The position numbers were made by a program, and so were the translations under genes. A stretch of 64,000 nucleotides of DNA. It comes from the human T2T-CHM13v2.0 reference genome, Homo sapiens. Of the stretch, positions 12,795 through 26,398 are shown piece after piece. Location of the stretch: the NCBI RefSeq assembly GCF_009914755.1, contig NC_060935.1. One strand, 5' to 3'. Within the stretch, counting starts at the first letter, position 1; each line of letters begins with the position of its first letter. Below the pieces are notes generated by a model, which was not told where the DNA came from, did not search any database, and saw only the letters and a list, made by a program, of their open reading frames with translations.

Positions 12795-13221
12795 AGCCAG
12801 GTGCAGTGGCTCATGCCTGTAATCCCAGCACTTTGGGAGGCCAAGGTAGGAGGATAGCTTGAGTCCAGAAGTTAAAGAGCAGCCTTGGCAACATAGTAAG
12901 ACACCCTTCTCTATAAAAAATTAAAATTAGCTGGGCGTGGTGGTGCATGCCTGTAATCCCAGCTAATTGGGAGGCTGAGGTGGGAGGGTCTCACGAACCC
13001 AGGAGTTCAAAGTCAGTCTGGGCAACATGGAGAAACCCCATCTCTACAAAAAAAATACAAAAATTAACTGGGTATGGTGTTGCATGCCTGTAATTCCAGC
13101 TATTCAGGTGGCTGAGGCAGGAGGATCGCTTCAGCCCAGGAGGTTGAGGCTGCAGTGAACTGTGATCATGCTACTACTCTCCAGCCTGGGTAACAGAATC
13201 AGAACTTGTTTAAAAAAAAAA
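12795..13221 (+). mobile_element. AluJ-type element with three arms
   Basis: Arms at about 12795-12925, 12926-13062 and 13063-13221; single TSD AAGATTTGTCAATG at 12781-12794 and 13222-13235. Confidence 0.9.
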
Positions 13222-14260
13222 AAGATTTGTCAATGTTGATCTTTTTAAAAAACAAGCTTCTCTAGTTTGAATTAATATCAACTTAGTTTTAATGCTGTAA
13301 AAAGCTTTGCTTCTGTATAGCTCTATTCCCCTACCTTTGTGTCATTGTTTTCACAGATTGCATCTTTATAATGGTGTGCCCATCAAGATAGATTTATAAA
13401 GATTGTTTCATGTATTTGTCTAGTTGATTGTTTTTTAAATGGTAGATCAACTAGACATTCTTAGGCTACATCCAGTTAATAATATGTCTTTTTTAATCTT
13501 TATAATGTATTGCTGGTTCAATTTGCTGATATTTCGCTAAGGATTTTTGTGTTTCTTTTCGTGAGGGATATTGGTGTATAATTTCCTTTGTGTGTGTGTG
13601 TTGTCTCTGTCTAGTTTTGGCATCAGTAATGCTAGTTTTATAAGTTGGAAATTGTTCCCTTCTCCGCTTTCTGAAGGAGTTTGTGTAAAGTGGATATTCT
13701 TTCTTTCTTAAATGTTTGATGAAATTCATCAGTAAGACCATTTGGACAGGATTTGTGTGTGTGTGGGAAGATTTTCAATTGCTTATTCACTAAAAAAGTA
13801 GATATGGGACTATTTAGATGTTTCATAGTATGTCTGTTTGGGCACTTTTGTGTTTCTTTTCAAGGAACTTGTCTAATTAAGTTGTCACAGTTATTAGCAT
13901 AAAGTTGTTAATAATATTCTCCTAATATCCTTTAAATGTCTGTAGTGATATAACTTTTAATGATACTACTAGCATTATAGCGAACATGTATGTGGTGCTT
14001 ATTAAATACCTTTCATTTTACAGATATTAACTTTTAATTCCCGCATTTTGTGAGGCAGTTACTATTATCATCTCCATATTACAGATGAAGAAACCAAGGT
14101 TAAACTAAGAGCACTCTGGTTCCTTGCTTAAGATTATATAGCTGTTGTATTGAAGGCTTGAATTGGACTCCTGGTGGGTCCAGAGTCTTTTTTTCTAAAT
14201 TACTGTGTACTCTCCCCACCCCCCACTTTTTTTTTTTTAAGAAACATGACTATTTATTCC

Positions 14261-14329
14261 TTTTTATCTTTTTTTTTTTTTTTTGACAGTGTCTTGCTCT
14301 TTCACTCAGGCTGGAGTGCAGTGGTGTGA
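14261..14329 (-). mobile_element. Alu 3' fragment
   Basis: Poly-T then gacagtgtcttgctct...caggctggagtgcagtggtgtga. Confidence 0.85.
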
Positions 14330-14470
14330 CCGCCAGATTGGTTCACCTTGCCCTCTGCCTGGACAGAGCCAATTTATCAAGACAGGGGAATTGCAATAGG
14401 GAAAGAGTAATTCATGTAGAGCCAGCTATGCAGGAGACTGGAGTTTTATCATTACTGAACTCAGTCTCCT
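14325..14470 (-). mobile_element. LTR8-type ERV1 LTR, 3' end fragment
   Basis: tgtgaccgcc...ggttcaccttgccc...gacagagccaatttatcaagacaggggaattgcaat matches the reverse complement of the recalled LTR8 terminus. Confidence 0.75.
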
Positions 14471-14786
14471 CTGCCTTTCTTAAATGACAGAGATACCTAT
14501 TCTGTTCTTCTTCTGGAATTGTCCTGTATTCTTTTTAGAAAGTATCCTTGCTACTTTGTACCACAGAGTAGAAATATTTGTTTCTGGTGTTCCTAGTCAG
14601 AACTTGGAATGCCCTTTTCCCCATAAAAACATTACATATGATGGCTAGGCATAGTTGAAATATTATTGTTAATACTCTTTTTGAGTCACATAATATGTTA
14701 AAATGACTTCTGGAGCTTCCTTGGGAGGTTCACCACAATTTATAATGTGAAACATTGTTTCCGTGGGAAACTGTGAGAAGAAATGT

Positions 14787-15466
14787 ATTTTATTTTTTTG
14801 ACCTAACACCGAATTTATCACTTTTTAAAAACAAGATATTTTCAACAAAAGTGAAGAAATAAGAAACAAATCCAGTGTTCATGCATTCCCAAACTGCAGC
14901 CTTGATTCCAGGATACCTCCTTCTCTCAAACCGAGCTGGCTTCCTGGGAATCCAGTGGTGGTACATGGATCGAGGGTTCCTTTGTGCTGCATTTTTTACT
15001 GCCTCTCTCCTGAGTTGTCGGGATAGATTCTGCAGGCTCTTGTGCTAGCCCAAAGGTGCCCAGCCTTGACTCCACTTCCGTGTCTTTGATCCTGGGTGGG
15101 CACGTTTCCTGGGTCCCTGTGCTCTCAGAAGCTTTCTCAGGCACCTCTCCTTGGTGCTGTTGCCCCAGGTGATGTTCAGCCATCATCTGGAGCTCTCTCG
15201 TTGTGGGTGTGATCCTTGTCATCTTCTGTCACTGTGGAGACATTACCAAAGTGGGTCGAGGATCCGTGTTCATCTTTCTCTGGGGATGACTGGTCAGCAC
15301 AAGGGTGGCAGCGTTGGGCGACATGTCCAAATCTGCTCTGCCCCCTCGGGGTCTGGGGGCTGTTGTCTTCCTCCATGGCTGGGGCGGCACCTGCTGGGCT
15401 GGCACTGTGGTGGGAGGGAAGGCCGCGGGACTCAGGGCTGGGCTGGGCGCGCTCCTTCTCCACTCT
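14787..15466 (-). pseudogene. PPP1R1AP1: Processed pseudogene of PPP1R1A (protein phosphatase inhibitor-1)
   Basis: ATG at 15376 gives MEEDNSP (parent MEQDNSP). ORF 15222-14926 MTRITPTTRELQMMAEHHLGQQHQGE...PPLDSQEASSV matches the parent C-terminal 98 aa. Intronless, with a GC-rich 5'UTR, 3'UTR and A-tail remnant at about 14787-14799; deletions and frameshifts in the 5' half. The P1 suffix is recalled, not verified. Confidence 0.92.
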
Positions 15467-15619
15467 TGTCAGATCCCCCTGCCAAAATTTATTTTACATT
15501 CCCTCACCTGAAAGGTTAGGCTTCTATTACATGGCAGATATACTTTACTTTTTGGAATCTCTAAAATTTTAGATTTACTCAGTTGTTAATATGTCATATT
15601 TTTAAAAAGACAAGCATGA

Positions 15620-15769
<150 letters not shown>

Positions 15770-18211
15770 TAAGAAACTTCTTAGATTGCCCTGAATTCTA
15801 AAGAATCTTTCTCATTTTGAGTTTGTGACATTTCAATGTGAGAAAATTAACGGAAGCTTTAGAGGCTGTTATTCAAGCTTAGCATTTTTTAGTGCAAGCG
15901 TCATAAATTTTGTAGCTACAGTGATTTAAATTTATCTATTTTACAAAGTCTTTGGAAAGCCATTTCCTTTCTCTGGACAGTGGGAGAGAATATTTGGAAG
16001 CCAGTGATCTGAAAACAGACATGAACTGTTTTCTGGTCTTCTGTACCCTACAGAACAGTAATCAAAGTTGCAAAAGTTAGACTTATCAAAGTCTTAACAA
16101 CTGCGGCATCACTCGGAAAGCCCTTCAACGGCCCCAAACATGGCTTTGAGTTTGGACCTGTTCTTTGTCTTAAAAGAATTATGTTTGGCAAGCCAAAAAA
16201 GCTTTGCATGTATCTAATGCTCAGAGGCTTAAAGGCCTCAGCTCTATATTTTCATAATGTCTGGGCTTAATTTTGAAAGATTTTAAAATCTGGCTTTAAT
16301 TTTAAATGTGATAGATCATCAAGGATATTTTTCCAGGGAGCAAGCCACCAAAATAAATGCAATTCCAAATAAAGTTAACAGCAACACTCAACCAATGTTC
16401 ACCCTACTCAGACAGATTGTTCATTGAAATTTGATTTTGACAGTATTTTCTAATGTTTACGTGACACATAATACATTTCAGAACATTAGACATCCTTTAT
16501 ATATGTACTTGAGGAAGAATCCAGAAGGATGCTCGGAGAACTGGTTATTTTAGAAACTTTACAAAATTGGCCTTTCGTTTGTGAAACTTGAATCTTATTA
16601 CACATGATATAGAGTTTGGTCACATGGACTGTGTCCATTAATCTTAAGAAACATGATTTTGACTAAAGTAACCATATACATTTTCTGAGTTTTGGTTCTT
16701 GCTTGAGAGATGCCTACACCTTGACTGCTTAGGATATGTAGCAGAACACACAGGATTTAGAAATTAGAGGGTGGAGATTGTAGTAAACATATTTTAATGC
16801 CTGTTCAGTTTGAGACACACAAAGTTTTAAGTTTTGAAAAGAAGAAAGTTCAGAAATTATTTGAAATATGAGTAAGCCACTAATATTTCTTGATCTCAGT
16901 TTTCCTTAGTAAGTAAAATGAGGCGTAGGGTACAATTATTTTAAAGATATGTTCTAAATGTGAGATTGTGTGACCTTATTAGAGAAAACAGTAGAATTAA
17001 AAGAAAAAATACTAAGTCAGGAAGAAGAGGATTTGGGATAGTGCAGTATCATAGATGCTGAAAGAGGATAGTTTCCAGGAGTAGCGAACACTGTGATAAT
17101 GTAGGAGAGCAGGAACTGAAGAAAGACTGTTGGATCTTGTGAAGCAGTGTGGTATCATGGAGGATGCTTTGATTAATCCTACCCTGCCTTTATCTTTGAT
17201 TTATCCTAATTCATTTAACCTCTGATGCTTCTAAAAAGTGGAAGCAGTGATGTAACAAATTTGTGTAATTTACAAGCATTTTCACATTTTTTATCTTATT
17301 CTCTTAGAAGTCCTTCATGCATCAGGGATGATAGATAGCCCTTGTCTTGATTGTAGAAGCTGAGGCCAAGAGGCATTAAATGTTTTATCTATCTGAGGGC
17401 ACACAGCAAGTAAGAGCCAGACTGGAGGATGCTTTGACGGTTTTCTGACAATGTTTTTGTAGATCCTTTTAATAGTCTCACCTTCCTAAACTGGTGGTTA
17501 CAAGGCACACATGGCATAATGACTGTGGACATTCTTTAGAAAACACAATGCCCTACATAAATGCAAAGTCATCAGGCTAATTTAGTAGTTGCTCAGTTAT
17601 TGAACATTGATCTTGCAATGATTTGGCTCTTGGGGAGTTCATATCTAGAGTATTTTTCAGACTCTTCAGATGTGTCAGTAATTTGAACTGCCTTATTAAC
17701 AGTGGTCTCCTCATGCCTATTGTACAATTCATGCCTAGCTAATAACACAGATATACTTTTCCTAAACCAGATCACGTGACTATTTATCAACCAAATTTAC
17801 TGAACCCAGGGAGTTGTTCTGGAATTGGAAACTTTAAATTGCACTTATTAAAGTTGATGAGTCAGATGGGACTTTGGTGATAGTTCTCTCAGACATTAGT
17901 AAAGAGTACCCATCATCTGCTCTATTAAATGATCCTCTTTTCCCATAGTGTTTGCCATGATATATGTGAAGTGCTTTCTAGGAAACTTAATTGTGTGCCT
18001 ATTGAATTAAACTCTAGTTCGTGGTTTCCTCTCTAACATTGTCCTTGGCTGGAGTCATTTTAAAAAATATATCTTTTCTTTTCCTGATGCTTTCTTGGTT
18101 TATAAAATTGCTGTTACTTGATCTGTAATTTTGTGTGAAAACACACAGTCTAAATTCTTTAATGCCACTTAACTCTATAAAATTCTGCATGCTGTTTAGA
18201 GTCATGTTTAG

Positions 18212-18553
<342 letters not shown>

Positions 18554-18690
18554 TAATTAATTTTCACTGTACTGTTGGGCCACTAGGATACATCTGTTCT
18601 CTCTCCTTTTTGTGTGGGAGTGTCACAGAAAAATGGGCACTCTTGACTAAGGCAAGGACTTTGGAGCACCTAAAACCAGGTGCTCCTTCA

Positions 18691-19050
<360 letters not shown>

Positions 19051-19889
19051 TTATTCAGGTGCTTTGACCCATAGTTAAGAATTTAGGCTAATTTCAGTGT
19101 TGCCAAAGATTAGCAGTTCTTTCCAAATTTACATTTAATGTGGGATAGTAATTGAACTATTCCTTCTTAACTCTTGGAAATCTCTGGATTAAGCATTTGT
19201 TTTCAGGTAAAAGTAGACATTTAATTAATAGCCAGTTTACTTGTTGTTGTATTTCATATTTTAGGGTGCTCACCACAAGGTGTCAATGTTATTCCTTAAC
19301 TAGCATTTGAAATTTTATTTATTTTACAATTTTGGGTTGAGAAAAGTACGGGACTAAAATGGAATATAAAGCAATGTTGTAAATTATAAATAAGCATTCA
19401 GTTTTAGGAGTTAACTAAAAAAATCTCTTAGTATGATTCCTTCTAGGTTAAGGAATACAGGCTTAGTAGATAGCTTTCTAATAGGCTTATTAGGTACCTT
19501 TCTCCTTTTGGTTCTGTTTTTTTAAAGTCCTATTGATAGGGAATTATTGAAAGATTATAAAGAGAGGAGGAGTAAATGACATAGTCAGGTTTGCAATTTA
19601 GAATTCTAACCATGGTGTCAGTGTGGAGTGGACCTGAGGGATGAGCCTGGAAGCAATGATTTCTGTCTAATCATTTCTTAATGTGTCTAATCATATCTAA
19701 TCTGTTCTCTGACTGAGAGATTATTTTTAGTGTTAACTCATTTTTTGGTTGTTTTTTCTTTTATACTTTTTCAAAGAGATAACTCTGTTATAGTAAGAAA
19801 AGTAATAATTCTGGTTTTTTTCTAGTATAGTTTTCATTGTTTTTTTCCCCTTCTTCTTCAGAAATATCCTGCTTTTGCCAGTTTAATAA

Positions 19890-20145
19890 GTGGAAGTATG
19901 GTGGAAAATAAAGGGCTTTGGTCCTTCACCTAAATTCCAGTCCTAAAACTGCCATGTGTAGGTAGACTGGATGCAAGACTTTGAGCAAGTAACGTCAACT
20001 TTTTGTATACCTTAGTCTGCTTTTGTAAAATGGGGCTAATATTTGTCTCTTCTATTAGGAATATTGTTAGAATTAAATAAGATAAAATATTTGAAAGATC
20101 TTAGGATAGTTACTGGCATATAGTAGACATTTAATAAATGTTAGT
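19890..20145 (+). mobile_element. MIR
   Basis: agtatggtggaaaataaagggctttgg...gagcaagtaacgtcaac...ggcatatagtagacatttaataaatg. Confidence 0.7.
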
Positions 20146-20293
20146 TTTCTTCTTCCTCTTTACTTACCTGGTCTTGGATATAGCTTTCTCCTCTAAGCCA
20201 GTATTCCTTTTCCTTGTTACCACTAGCTTTTCTACTTTTCAGCATATTTTCCCTTTCTCTCCCCAGCATTCTAGTGTTTTCCATATCTGCTTT

Positions 20294-20996
20294 TATAACT
20301 GCATGATGGATTCTTCTTGCTCACTGCCCAGAAAAGTCAATGCATTGAGAACAGGTTTTGCAGCAAAGAAAGAGTTTAATTATTACAGGGCCAGCCAAAT
20401 GGAAGGATGGGAGATAATTCTCAGATCCGCTTCCTCAGAATTCACAGGCTAGAGTGTTTCAAGGATAGTTTGGTAGGCAGAGGTCTAGGAAATGGGGAAA
20501 CCTGATTAGTTGGGTTGGGGCTAAAATCATAGGGGGTCTAAGCTGTCTTCTTGTGCCAAGTTAGTTCCTGTGTGGGGGTCATAAGACCAATTAAGCCAGT
20601 TTCTTGATATGGGCTACTTATTTGATACCAGCTGGTCCATCAGAATTCAGAATCTGAAAAATACCTCAAGCACCAGTCTTAGATTTTATGATAGTGATGT
20701 TATCTATAGGAGCAATTGGGAATGTTACAAACCTTGTGACCTCTGGGTGCATGACTCCTGAACCATAATTTTACAAAGGTGTTTTCAGTCCCTGAGTAAT
20801 AAGGAGGAGGTTACTTTCAGGAAGGGACTGTTATCATCTTTATTTTAAAGTTAAGCTATAAACTAAATTCCTCCCGTAGTTAGCTTGGCCTATGCCCAGG
20901 AATGTACAAAGACAGCTTGTGAGGCTAGAAGCAAGATGGAGTCAGCTACATGTTGATTGATTTCTGTCACTCATAATTTTTGCAAAGGTGGTTTTA
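20294..20996 (-). mobile_element. Solo LTR, LTR8A/LTR8B-like (ERV1)
   Basis: Minus strand starts taaaaccacctttgcaaaaattatga (LTR8-family start); about 700 bp; 4-bp TSD CTTT at 20290-20293 and 20997-21000. Confidence 0.8.
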
Positions 20997-21813
20997 CTTT
21001 CAAAGTTGCTTTTGTTAATTCTAAACAGTCATAATAAAAAATATTTAACATGTGTGTGTCTTTTCTCCTTAATGACATTGAAATCTTCTTGAAGGAAAGG
21101 ATTATTTCTTATGGCTATATTTCTCCTGTCCTTCTATCTTACCAATACTTCTTGGTTAATTGTTGGAGTTCCTTTGGCTTGTGAGCTTACTAGGACTCTT
21201 CTGTATTACTCTTTTTCCCTAGGTACTCTCTTGTGTTACTAAAGCTACAACCAACACATCTACATGTTAATACCTCTTCAATCTATATCTCTAGCTCTAC
21301 CTCTCTTTTGGATTTCCAGTCTGCATTTTCCAACCACCATGGATATTTGAACTTTTTTGTCCTTGAGGAACCTCAACCCCAAAGTGTCTGGAGCCACACT
21401 CATCGCGTTAATACTCCTCTTCCTTTTCTTTTCCCTGGTTTGTCTAATGGTATTATCACCATCCTAGTCTCCCAAGCTAGTAATCTTAGTCATTTTTGGT
21501 TTCTCTAATTTTTCTTCCCTTGGTGATAGATATAGTTGATGATAAACCATATTGATTCTTTGGCAAGATGTCTCATCTGTCGACCCTTCTTTGTTTTTAA
21601 TCTGTATTTTCCTAGACTATTTCCTTATCTCCTAGATGAAGAAATTAAGGCACAAAGCAGTTAAGTAACTTCACCAAGGTCACACAAACTAGTGTTAGAA
21701 TTTGTATTCAAACCCAGGCAGTCTAGCTCCAGAGGCTATCATATAAACCAGTGTATCTTAAATCCTTACAATCTTTTACACTGCTGCTGGAGTGATCTTT
21801 TAAAAGATACGTG

Positions 21814-22120
21814 GGCTGGGTGTGGTGGCTCACGCCTGTAATCCCAGCACTTTGGGAGGCCGAGACGGGCAGATCATGAGGTCAGGAGATCGAGACCATC
21901 CTGGCTAACACAGTGAAACCCCTTCTCTACTAAAAATACAAAAAAAAAAAAAAAAAAAATAGCCAGGCATGGTAGCGGGCGCCTGTAGTCCCAGCTACTC
22001 CAGAGGCTAAGGCAGGAGAATGGCGTGAACCCAGGAGCAGAGCTTGCAGTGAGCCGAGATCGCGCCGCTGCTCTCCAGTCTGAGCAACAGAGCGAGACTC
22101 CGTCTCAGAAAAAAAAAAAA
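21814..22120 (+). mobile_element. AluY with an expanded A20 linker
   Basis: Y diagnostics (gagatcgagaccatcctggctaac, gaatggcgtgaacc, gcagagcttgcagt); TSD AAAAGATAC(G/A)TG at 21802-21813 and 22121-22132. Confidence 0.95.
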
Positions 22121-23731
22121 AAAAGATACATGAATTTTCTTACTCGCTGGGCTTAGAAAGCTTTGATATATCATGTACAGGAGAAAGTTCACACTTCTTA
22201 GTGTGATATTCAAGGGACATTTAGCAATACATGCCCTTAGGGACCAAGGTCTTTATTTCAAAGTCCTCCCACTCCCTACTTGTATAATCAATAACTATCA
22301 TTTATGGAGTGCTTACTGTGTTATAAATAGTTCTTCATTGTCTGATTTTCCCTCCACTCATCTCAACACCCCCAAACTGAGAGCACCTTTAGGCAAGAAT
22401 CCTTGTTTTATTAGTCTTTGTATTAGCCCTATCGCAGTGTGTATCATATATATGTTAAACAGATAATAAATGCCATTTCTATTGATCAAATTGAACTATT
22501 GTTCAGGTTACTAGAGGACTAAAGTTTTGTTTTTCCTAATGGTTTCCATCTGGTAAAATGAGAGTTGCAAAAAATTTCTAGGCTAATATTTAAAAGGTGA
22601 TGAAAATGCAATCAGGTCTGTGAGCCTTCAGCTGTTGCTTTCTTTCAGCCCCTGCTCTCCACACAACATGTGGTGAGATTTTCAGGATTTTGTGACTTTC
22701 AATCCAACTCTTTCTATAAGTGTTTTGGGAAGACCTTTATTTGGCTCTCTAGAAGCAAATTCCCCTCCCCGCACTTTGCTAGAAAGTACTGTCAACTATA
22801 AAATTCCAATTTTAACAGGAAAATGCTCACAACCAATAAATTATCAATAGCATAGTGTTTAGAGAAGAGATGGGATGAGAAGTATAAGGTATAACTTTGT
22901 TTATCATCTTTAAACTATGGATGTGATAACCAACTTTTAGGCTGCAGGAAGAGATTTTTTTTTTTCCTCCCTGCCTAATGGACTCTAAGTGGTAATTGCA
23001 GTTATACAGAATACAGCTAAGAACCCAACTGTAAGCAGACTTTACAAAGTTTATGTGCTAAAACTCGTGTACTTTCTTTTCTTAATAGAGACTAGGCTCT
23101 TACCCAGTTTCTGTATGCTTATTTTAAGTAAGTTAGGGGAGGAATTAAGAGGATTACTGTTAAAATAGACACACTGACAGCAAGAAGCGAAAGCTGATAG
23201 TTTGCTCTGTTATACTCTTTGATTCTGGAATATAGCTGAGTGATAAATCATATTAGCTACTGTCCTACCTTTGTAGTCACTGTTTGGATTCTTAAACAGC
23301 CCTGTCTCACTACTTCATGTAAAAAGAGAGAGGAGGAGAAACAGTTCACTGTAAGGAGAGGCCAACTAAAGAAAAAAACATAGCTAGCCAACTTGGCCAA
23401 AGCACATGTCTGTATTGCATTTCATAACTCAAGTTACTCACGAGAATTATGAGTGCACTGTCTTAGTTTTTAATAATGCTGTCTCCATTTAACAGATGAG
23501 GAAGCAGTCTTAAAATGGTGAGATGATTTGCCTGGGCCACAGGCTGGTTAAGTGTGGAAGCAGGTCTGAAGAAAGGTCTGCCAGGCTCCAGTGCACGTGC
23601 TGTTTTCTATTATGCCATGTTGGTGCCAAATCATCAGTAAAATAGAAAAGTGTAATTATGAGAGCCTTCATAAGAAAGCAGGCACATAGAAGATTTAGGA
23701 AGGTTTTCAATCAAAATTTAAAATAAAATAA

Positions 23732-24057
<326 letters not shown>

Positions 24058-26398
24058 AATTTTGGTATTTAATGTGAGTTTTGGTGGAGCAAAATTTGTA
24101 TTTATGTGCAGCAGCACATTTTATTCTTCTTTATTCATCCGTCTCTACATATACTATAAATATATCTATGTATGTATACATACACATAAAGACACACATA
24201 TACACACACACACAGTTTTACAAAAATAGGATTTAAGCAAAATACGGGAGTAATTATAGGGTGAAGTCTTCTCCTTCCCCTTTCCTTGTACTTTTTGGCT
24301 CATCTTCTTCTTTAAGCCCTTTTCCCCCATTCCGCTGCCAGCAAACCACCCAAACACAGAACATAGGTCCGCATGACCCCTAGTCACCCTTCACCCATGT
24401 TAACAATCTGATATGTATCCATCTGTATTTTTTCCCATAGTCTCTCTATATGTCATAGATATGATTTATAGATACATTTATATATGTTTTCTATATAATT
24501 TATGGTTTATGTATATGGTTTGAATTAATTTATAAAATTAAAATTGTTTTATAAAATTGGAGTTGATACACATACTTGGGTTTCTTGTTCAATATTCTAT
24601 GCATACATTCCTCTAATTCACTTTTTAAATGGCTTAATAATAGTCAGTGGTGAGGCTATATCATATTTATTCAGCCACTACCCTATTGATAGGCATTTAA
24701 TATAATATTTACTCTGGCTCTGGTTTTTAATGCGTGTTTGTTTTGACAGTATGCACATTACTGAAGGAAATATTTATACACATATATAACCTTGTTTTTA
24801 TGATGATTTTGTTTCCATGGATTACATTCCCAGCAGTGGGATTTCTGAGTCAAAGGGTATGTATTGTTTCAATTGTTAGAGATAATCAGGTTGTTTTCCC
24901 AAAGGGCACAAAATAAATGGCATTACTCCTTACCCTGATTCTGTGCTGGCAATGGCCATCATCAATTTTTATGATTTTTACTAATTTGATGAGTGTAAAT
25001 GATACCTCAGTATTACTTCAATTTTTGTCAGCCTGGTGCAAGTACTTAGTTTGAGCTACAAGTGAAATTTAACATGTTTTCTTAAGCTTATTAGCTATTT
25101 AGGGTATTCTTCTGTGAATTTGCCTATTCATTTACTTTACCTAGTTTTTAAAAATTGAGTTGCTTGCATTTTTCTCATAAGTTCCTAAGAGTACTTGGTA
25201 TTTTTTTCCCAAATCTGACAATTACATCTTGACTTATGATACCTTATACAAAAAGTTCATATTTGTTGTATCGTGTAATTCTGTTTTCTGTTTTATATTT
25301 TCTGGGCACTCTTGAGTTGAAGAGGACTCTCCTATACCTTGCTTCTATAGATATTTTTTGCTAACTTTGAGATTTATATTATTTTACTTTTTAAATTAAA
25401 TATTTAATACAAATTGCAATTTATTTTTTTTTTCTTTTAATCCACCCATCTGCACACTGATATCTAGTATAGATAGTCCATATCTTGTAAGGTAGAAATT
25501 ATTTCTTCATAGATGAATTCATTGTGCCAGCACCTTTCTTTTCCCACTGAATTTAAATAATACTTTTGTAATATATTAAAAGTGCATATATACTGGGATC
25601 TATTTCTGGATTCGCTCTTTTTTTGTTTATCTTATCCTTTTGTGTATTTTGTAACTTTCAGATTGATTTAACTACAGGGGATTTTTTTGTGTGGTCTAAA
25701 ATCAAGTAAGGCACGTCCTGTTGCTACTCTTCTTTTTGATACTATTTTTGGCTATTCTCAGAACTTTATTCTTTTATGTGAACTTTAAGCTTATTTTATC
25801 CTACTTTAAAAGACCAATCTTATTGGAATTTTAATCGAAATTTTTATATCAGTTGAAGTTTTACAATTATTTTGGGAAAGATGTCATTTTATATTAGTAT
25901 ACCCATCCAAGAACATGGTGTCTTTTCATTTGTTTATATTTTATTTTATTCCTTCAACAAGATTGTAGTTCTCTTTATATGGTCATTTGGCTTTCTGTTA
26001 CATTTGTTCTTAAGTATGTTATAGTTTTTACAGTATTTTGTATAAAATAGGTGTTCCATTCCATTCTTGTGTGCTTACTGCTATTATAAGGAAAAGCTAT
26101 ACTTCTAGGAAAATCTTATTTATATTTAGTAATATATCTAATTGTTTTTATTGCTATTGTTTTTTTAAGGAAAGCTCTCCTTTTTTGGCATACACATTAT
26201 CATCAGTAAAAGGATAGGCTTTTCTTCTCTAATGTTTATACTGATTTTCTAGACTTACTGCATTTGCTAAACCTTCTGGAACTTTCAGAATAATGTTGAA
26301 AAGTAATAGGCATTGTGACCATCCCAGTTCCTTGTTCTAATTGAAAAAGTTCAGTAGTTTGCTGTTCAGAATATTTTCTGTTAATTTTGAAAACTATT

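Larger units (their letters stand above)
9005..13950 (-). mobile_element. L1MB-type LINE relics (3'UTR and ORF2), interrupted by three Alus and a nested L1 3' end
   Basis: L1MB-like 3'UTR at 9005-9600; minus-strand peptides such as [28 protein letters not shown] (12211-12417) are L1 ORF2 RT. Confidence 0.85.

Noticed and set aside
15300-15470. CpG island promoter
   Set aside because: Under 200 bp, CpG-decayed and explained by the retrocopied 5'UTR.
14770-15510. TSD or inverted repeat flanking the PPP1R1A retrocopy
   Set aside because: No direct repeat found; the inverted similarity is weak and AT-rich.
15151-15572. Overlapping + strand ORFs of 118-122 aa
   Set aside because: Antisense frames of the GC-rich PPP1R1A pseudogene, where stop codons are scarce.
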